Of a DNA stretch of 64,000 nucleotides, positions 61,639 to 64,000 are shown one piece after another. The notes beneath the pieces were generated by a model. The model worked only from the letters and a program-made list of their open reading frames with translations. It was not told where the DNA came from and made no database searches. The stretch lies in assembly GCA_965645245.1 (NCBI GenBank), contig OZ287070.1, positions 2,170,001-2,234,000 of the forward strand, read 5' to 3'. The position numbers and the translations under genes are program-made. Source of the DNA: Massalongia carnosa. Its lineage: Eukaryota. Numbering within the stretch: the first letter of the stretch is position 1; every line of letters begins with the position of its first letter.

Positions 61639-62854
61639 AGTTTCTTTTGATGGAACCGTGAGACGATGCAATGGTGCGGATTGAAACAATCTATGTTGCG
61701 TCTCACTTTGGGTGGGGAGAGGTGGGGGAATTTGTTTTGTTTTATTCTATTTTTTCTCTCGGGAAGTGATTGGATATACCCTGAGATGTACTCTACCTAT
61801 CGCTGTTTTGTCATCCTGTTCACCGGAGGGACGGCGGAAGAGATCAGAGATACATTTTTTACAAGACCCGTGGCGAGTACGCTGGCGTACCTCTGGCATC
61901 TCCATTAGCTTTTAGGTTGGTTTGGTGTTCGCGCCTACTGTTTTAAATACTGTTTTTTCCCCCTTTATGAATACTCTTTTCCACCTTTCCGCTGTTATAT
62001 GGCAAAAAAAAACATGATGTTGGCCAAGATGTGTTAATTTCTTTGTCGCTATCTCAACACGAATGAAGTGGTGATGATTGATTTTCTTCTTTTCCGAAAC
62101 GTTAATTGTGTGTGCTTCGCTCACAGAACTCTATTCTGTTCGGAAATATGGATGAAAGTACTACCAATAATCCGTAACTCACCCACCCACCCGCCTGTGC
62201 CTACCTACTACCTATGTATCCTGCTCCCTCCAAGTTCTCCACCAATCCATCCATCAGGCAGTCGCATCTGGCCTAATACTAATCACGCTTACTTCCATCC
62301 ACCAAGCAAGCTCTTAGAGCTTTGCTCTTCTTCCCACCCCCCTCCCCAAAAGGGTTTATCAAGGCAGTCAATCATTCATACACTCTCTTTCCAATGATGG
62401 AATTCTTCTCCCCATCATCATCATCATCATCATCTTGGCGGAAGTAAGTAATTGAGACTATACATTCACTTCTCCGAGAACACCCTTCTTCCCTCAATCG
62501 TCAGGGGTCCACAGGCCCATGCAAATCGTTCCCTGGACCCAATCTAACCTAACCTAACCTGAAGTTTAAGCAACAGCCGATAAGCAAATTCACAGATAGA
62601 CCTTCGTCCCATCCATGGTATATGACAAGGATAGAAACAGGGCTGGCTGGGTCGGCTATAAACACAAGACTCGCTCGCTCGCTCCTCAGATTCCTAAGTA
62701 AACAAAAACATAAGTCAACGAAACACTCCAACAGCAATCCTCGCCACGCTTGTTGGGTGGAGGAGAAAACAAAGCACACAAGATTATCTTTACCAAAAGC
62801 GTCACGCTCCCTGGATTTGGGAACGGGAAGGAGAGGAAATATTCTTAACACAGC

Positions 62855-64000
62855 ATGCGTGGACTCTTCGTTGCGGGCATAGTATTCGTTTCGAGTGTTT
62901 TCCCCGAAGTCGCGACGCAGGCGTGTGCCTACGGATCCGCCCAGCTTTATAAAGGCAACTGGTACTGTTCGGCCGTCAAGGCCATCACCTACACCAATTT
63001 CCCGGGGACAGGCTCCTACAACAAGGTCACGTATATGAACGCTAGTAACGGGCAGTGCACGCAGGAGCGATACGCCTACAGTGGTTCCCTTGCTCCGTTG
63101 AATGAAGAGGTTGGTTACTTTGCGTTTTGTTGCCCTGATTTAGCCATGCGGCGAGCAGGGAAACTGGCTTACCTGAACGTGTAACCTTTTTCAGCTATCC
63201 CTACATATTCGCGGGCCCACCTGGCTGAAACAGCTCGCCGTCTATAACCCTGCTGCAAACCATCCAAAGCGAAGCAACAAAGCCGGCTTCCGTGAACGTC
63301 GCCATGGTCATGAACATCTTCACCAGCGCGAACGGGCCACCAGGAAAACCAAGGAACGGGAGTTGGCACGCCGGTCGGTCGGCGAAGTCGTATCTGCGAT
63401 GATCGATGGAGTTTGGGTCTCTTGGACCAATACTTACGGGGGCCAAGCAGCTGCTCCGGCTACAAGCCTTCCAGAGCCAGCGGCCTCAGTGGCTTTTGCA
63501 AGCGTCTCCGGTCCGATAGCCCTTGTGGCTCCTGCCGTTTCTACTAGCGTTGCAGAACCATCATCACTTGCGACTTATATGATTGTTGGGGAGCCAATGG
63601 CTGCCGCACCTGAGGGAATGAGTGTCACCCCCGTGCCTAGCGTCCGCAGCACGAAAACTCAGATACCCCAATCCTCTTCTGCAGCCAGCGCAGTCGATGC
63701 AAATAGCTCAGCTAGCGAAGATGGAAGCTGGAGTCGCCAAGCATATTACAACGCTGCCGCTGGCATTTCCGAGGGTTTTACTTTTCTAAATCATTATGGG
63801 GGCGTCAACGGAATACCAGGTACAGCAGCCGGGGGAACCGAGTGAGTGAAATGCGATGACTATGGAAAGATAGGTCTTACCTGATCGCTTGAATAGATTC
63901 GGTGCATCTCTGAGCTACGCGTCTTCGGACGGTCGATCAGGGGCTTCTTCTGCGCAAATCCTCTCTGACGCCCTAATCGCAGACGATGTGGAGTTCATCA
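62855..64000 (+). CDS. TOS1: Tos1/YJL171C-like secreted cell-wall protein, 3' end outside the window
   Basis: Signal peptide, GNWYCSAVKAITY, GSYNKVT, YSGSLAPLNEE|LSLHIRGP...LKQLAVY, WSRQAYYNA, TFLNHYGG. Confidence 0.82.

Noticed and set aside
1..64000. tRNA, rRNA, snoRNA or ribozyme genes
   Set aside because: No convincing motif seen by eye; tRNAscan-SE and Infernal/Rfam would be needed to exclude them.

Overview
Intron-rich eukaryotic DNA from a filamentous ascomycete (Pezizomycotina; a lichen-forming lineage is only my impression). Conserved genes: Msb1/Mug8-like, RlmA MADS-box factor, DHA2 MFS transporter, peflin, ChaC, glycine-rich RRM protein, TVP23, VTA1, PrpA/Mpd1-like PDI, RCR-like adaptor, alanyl-tRNA synthetase, Atg14/Vps38-family, Asp f 4-like and Tos1-like. 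An accessory block (~14.2-31.5 kb) holds a triple-nested transposon (a Tc1 DD34E element inside a pogo/Tigger element inside a 5'-truncated Ty1/copia element), a 50-bp hairpin-bearing tandem array abutting a decapitated BBE-type oxidase, an orphan secreted gene and decayed relics. The most unusual candidates are: (1) a PD-(D/E)xK-like nuclease-fold ORF fused to an intact chromodomain between ALA1 and the Atg14-family gene; (2) a 63-aa Cys-rich uORF ending 18 nt before the glycine-rich RNA-binding protein start; (3) a ~770-bp spacerless palindrome between convergent genes; (4) a single in-frame UAG in an otherwise open gene; (5) recurrent C-rich to G-rich strand-skew switches. All family assignments come from motif recognition by eye; no searches were run.
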